Shown: positions 61,159 to 64,000 of the stretch, piece by piece | Numbering within the stretch: position 1 is the stretch's first letter | Layout of the letters: every line of letters starts with the position of its first letter | Origin: Nitrosopumilus sp. | GTDB taxonomy: Archaea; Thermoproteota; Nitrososphaeria; Nitrososphaerales; Nitrosopumilaceae | Direction of reading: 5' to 3' | Assembly: GCA_965249555.1 (NCBI GenBank) | Contig: OZ252243.1 | Coordinates: 448,001 to 512,000, forward strand | Length of the DNA: 64,000 nucleotides | Notes under the pieces: generated by a model | Databases searched by the model: none | Seen by the model: only the letters and a program-made list of their open reading frames with translations | What the model was told of the DNA's origin: nothing | Made by a program: the position numbers and the translations under genes

Positions 61159-64000
61159 TCAACTTTGATGGATAAAGGTCCTTGCAACTGACTCACCATC
61201 AAATAAGATGAATATCTTGCCATTATAACCAGGGCCGACTGGTACTGTAGTAGTTGATTTATCACGTAAATCACTATCTGTAATGCGGACAGTAATGCTC
61301 TGATCAGTACCATATTCAATCGTGAAATCACCGGATCTTAATGGCACAAATGATACAAATGCGTCATTAGAAGTAGAATAATAATCAATTCCAAAAGAGC
61401 CTGGTCTGATTGCAGATGGTGCTGTGTCAGTTGCTGCAGGTGTAGTTGCAGTGACCTCGTTAGATGAAGCACTTGGTCCAACGGAATTTGTAGCTATAAT
61501 GGTATACTTGTACTCTGTGTCTGCAGTCAGGTTCTCATCAGTGAAAGTCGTTGCATCGCCGGATAACGTTTCAGTATCATCAGCACTGCCTGCAAGGGTT
61601 CTGCTCAAAGTGTAACTGTCGACATTATCCGCTGTACCCCATGAGAGCGTTATACTTGTATCAGTAGTTGCTCCTGCGACAAGTACGGGTGCTGCAGGTA
61701 CAGTTGGCGTGGCAAGTGTAGTTGCAGTGACCTCGTTAGAGGCTGTGCTTGGCCCGACAGTGTTTGTCGCTATAATGGTATACTTGTAATCGGTTTCGGC
61801 AGTCAGGTTCTCATCAGTGTATGATATAGTAGTGCCCCCAGAGACCGGTATCTCAGCTGGCTCTGCGCCACCTGTTCTGCTCAGGGTGTAGCTGTCGGTA
61901 TTATCCACTGCAACCCATGAAAGTAATATAGTTGTATCAGTAGTTGCTCCTGCAGAAAGTACGGGTGCTGCAGGTACAGTTGGTTCAGGTCCTACTGTTA
62001 CAGTTTCAGTGATGATAGTAGGTAATCCATTGCTGTCAGTTACGGTATAAGTTACAACATATTCTCCAGAAGTGTTGACATTTACTGTGTCACCGCCAAC
62101 TATACCAGGTGCAGTTCCTGAGATATCAAATGCATTGTTAATTGCACCTGGGGTGTATGGTCCGCCAAATGGTACTGCAGTGGAATAGTCAACTGTGTTA
62201 CCATCAACATTAAAGGTTGGCGGTGTGGTATCAACTACGGTGATTACAATTGATTTTTGTTCTGGTTTGTTACCTGCCGCATCATTTGGCGCATCATACA
62301 ATACGGTGTATACGTCTACAACACTGGTGTCAGGTGTATCACCTGTAACTGCTACTGTTTCAGAGTAATTTGGGTCATTATCAGCTACAGTAGCGCCAGG
62401 TATAGTGTAGGTGTCAGTTGCAGTTAACTCTATTGTTGTATCAGATCCTGTTACTGTGATTACTGGTGCTGTTATATCAAATGCTTCAGGTACAGGTTCA
62501 CATATTTCATTATCTACACCAACACCCTTTATACAAACTCGATCAGCATCGTTTAGATCGATGTTAGTAGTAGTACGGATAGTGAATTCATTTGGGCCTC
62601 CAGTTGCAGAGAAACTATCAGAAGAACCACCATCATGAATAATAAAAGAATATTGATTAGGGGCATTAGTATCTATATTACTCCAGTATACTGTAACGGA
62701 ATTATCAGTATTTCTTACAGCATCTACTGTTGGTTTAGGTCCAGTTGGTTCAGGTCCAGTAGTTACAGATAACTTTGCAACCTCGCCATTGCCAAGGAAA
62801 ATCCTGACATTGCCTGTATAATCATACCCGACTGTTTCTGTGTGAATGAATGGGACGGCTGCATCATCAATTGTAAAGCCAATGGTACGACCACCCTCAA
62901 ATTCAATTGTAAAATCACCGGTGTGTGAGGATCTGAAGGTTATGACTACCTTGTCTCCGTCAGTAGCATGAGGGGCATCGCTGGAGGTGTACACGGCAGG
63001 TGACGGGCCTGGTTTGAGTGGATCAGTGCTAGCAATAAGTTCACCAGCTGTACTTGTCCCGGCAGTATTTGTTGCCATAATTATATACTTGTACTCTGTA
63101 TCAGCAGTCAGGTTATCATCAGTGGCAGTCAATACGTTGCCTGATAACACTTTAACATCATCACCGCCTGCAACGACTCTGGTCAGGGTGTAACTGTCGG
63201 CATTATCCACCGAATTCCATGAGAGCGTTATGGTATTATGGGTAACCGAGTCCTCACTGAGTGTAGGAGTGATAGGTGCAGTTGCAGATGTGGTAGTTAC
63301 ATCCAATGGTACAGATGGGATACCTTCTAGGAGACCACTTTTAATTGCTATGACGTGATATGAGTAGGATGTATCAGGAGTCACGTCCTCATCAAGGTAT
63401 TGGAAACCATTATCACGATGGACACCAGCATTGACGATGTCTATTTGAACAGTATCTCTAAACAACCTATAGAAGTTTACATCATCTACTTCATTCCATG
63501 AAATCGTGACACTGTCATGAGTGACTGCTATTTCCTCAAGTGTGACAATGGCTGCATCAGGTGCTGTAGGTGCAATTGGGGCAGCAGCAGTCCTTGCAGT
63601 GACCTCGTCAGCCGCGCCTGGCCCGGCAGAGTTTGTCGCTATAAGGGAATACTTGTACTCTGTGTCAGCAGCCAGGTTCTCATCAGTGAAAGTCAATGCA
63701 TTGCCTGATAACACTTCAGTACCATCAGTACTGCCTGCAAGGGTTCTGCTCAGGGTATAGGCGACTGTATTATCCACTTTACCCCATGAGAGTGCCACTG
63801 TCGTATCAGTGACTTTTCCCAGTACAAGTGCAGGAGCTGCAGGTACAGCTGTGGCAACAGCAGTAGTTGCAGTGACCTCAGAAGGTTCACTTGGCCCGAC
63901 AGAGTTTGTCGCTATAAGGGAATACTTGTACTCTGTGTCAGCAGTCAGTCCGGTATCAGTGGCAGTCAGTCCGGTATCAGTGGCAGTCAGTCCAGTTGTT
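61159..64000 (-). CDS. Second FN3/Ig-repeat surface protein, paralog of 46180-51891; 5' end beyond the window, C-terminus disrupted
   Basis: Frame stays open to 63999 and shares modules with the first paralog. A detached KTKPTFGVNWNNQ..LVDNGFVFN relic follows the stop at ~61060-61145. Confidence 0.8.
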   Translation of the reverse strand, partial: TTGLTATDTGLTATDTGLTADTEYKYSLIATNSVGPSEPSEVTATTAVATAVPAAPALVLGKVTDTTVALSWGKVDNTVAYTLSRTLAGSTDGTEVLSGNALTFTDENLAADTEYKYSLIATNSAGPGAADEVTARTAAAPIAPTAPDAAIVTLEEIAVTHDSVTISWNEVDDVNFYRLFRDTVQIDIVNAGVHRDNGFQYLDEDVTPDTSYSYHVIAIKSGLLEGIPSVPLDVTTTSATAPITPTLSEDSVTHNTITLSWNSVDNADSYTLTRVVAGGDDVKVLSGNVLTATDDNLTADTEYKYIIMATNTAGTSTAGELIASTDPLKPGPSPAVYTSSDAPHATDGDKVVITFRSSHTGDFTIEFEGGRTIGFTIDDAAVPFIHTETVGYDYTGNVRIFLGNGEVAKLSVTTGPEPTGPKPTVDAVRNTDNSVTVYWSNIDTNAPNQYSFIIHDGGSSDSFSATGGPNEFTIRTTTNIDLNDADRVCIKGVGVDNEICEPVPEAFDITAPVITVTGSDTTIELTATDTYTIPGATVADNDPNYSETVAVTGDTPDTSVVDVYTVLYDAPNDAAGNKPEQKSIVITVVDTTPPTFNVDGNTVDYSTAVPFGGPYTPGAINNAFDISGTAPGIVGGDTVNVNTSGEYVVTYTVTDSNGLPTIITETVTVGPEPTVPAAPVLSAGATTDTTILLSWVAVDNTDSYTLSRTGGAEPAEIPVSGGTTISYTDENLTAETDYKYTIIATNTVGPSTASNEVTATTLATPTVPAAPVLVAGATTDTSITLSWGTADNVDSYTLSRTLAGSADDTETLSGDATTFTDENLTADTEYKYTIIATNSVGPSASSNEVTATTPAATDTAPSAIRPGSFGIDYYSTSNDAFVSFVPLRSGDFTIEYGTDQSITVRITDSDLRDKSTTTVPVGPGYNGKIFILFDGESVARTFIHQS

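Noticed and set aside
46180-64000. Diversity-generating retroelement acting on the surface proteins
   Set aside because: No reverse transcriptase seen, and differences between repeats do not look adenine-specific.

Overview
AT-rich archaeal chromosome segment with gene content typical of a Nitrosopumilaceae ammonia-oxidising thaumarchaeote: type IB topoisomerase, 3HP/4HB-cycle hydratase and ADP-forming 3-hydroxypropionyl-CoA synthetase, LysW-dependent Lys/Arg pathway, proteasome alpha, and the rpl21e-rpo4-DUF655-ksgA cluster. About 1-42.6 kb is mostly core genome. It is interrupted by a ~6.4 kb nuclease/toxin island inserted into the 3' end of the homocitrate-synthase gene (14-bp direct repeat) and by a ~1 kb eroded patch after psmA. 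From 42.6 kb to the window end is a decaying accessory region. It contains a 296-bp inverted duplication of a parB-like 3' end, 95-bp direct repeats next to an integrase remnant, four IS remnants, HicAB/GNAT/HsdS relics, two paralogous FN3/Ig-repeat surface-protein genes (one with a G11 tract in its signal peptide), a translationally coupled COMM-domain-like / DUF5678-like / retropepsin trio, and non-canonical tRNA-like elements (one more sits in the first island). Product calls come from motif recognition by eye. No database search was run.
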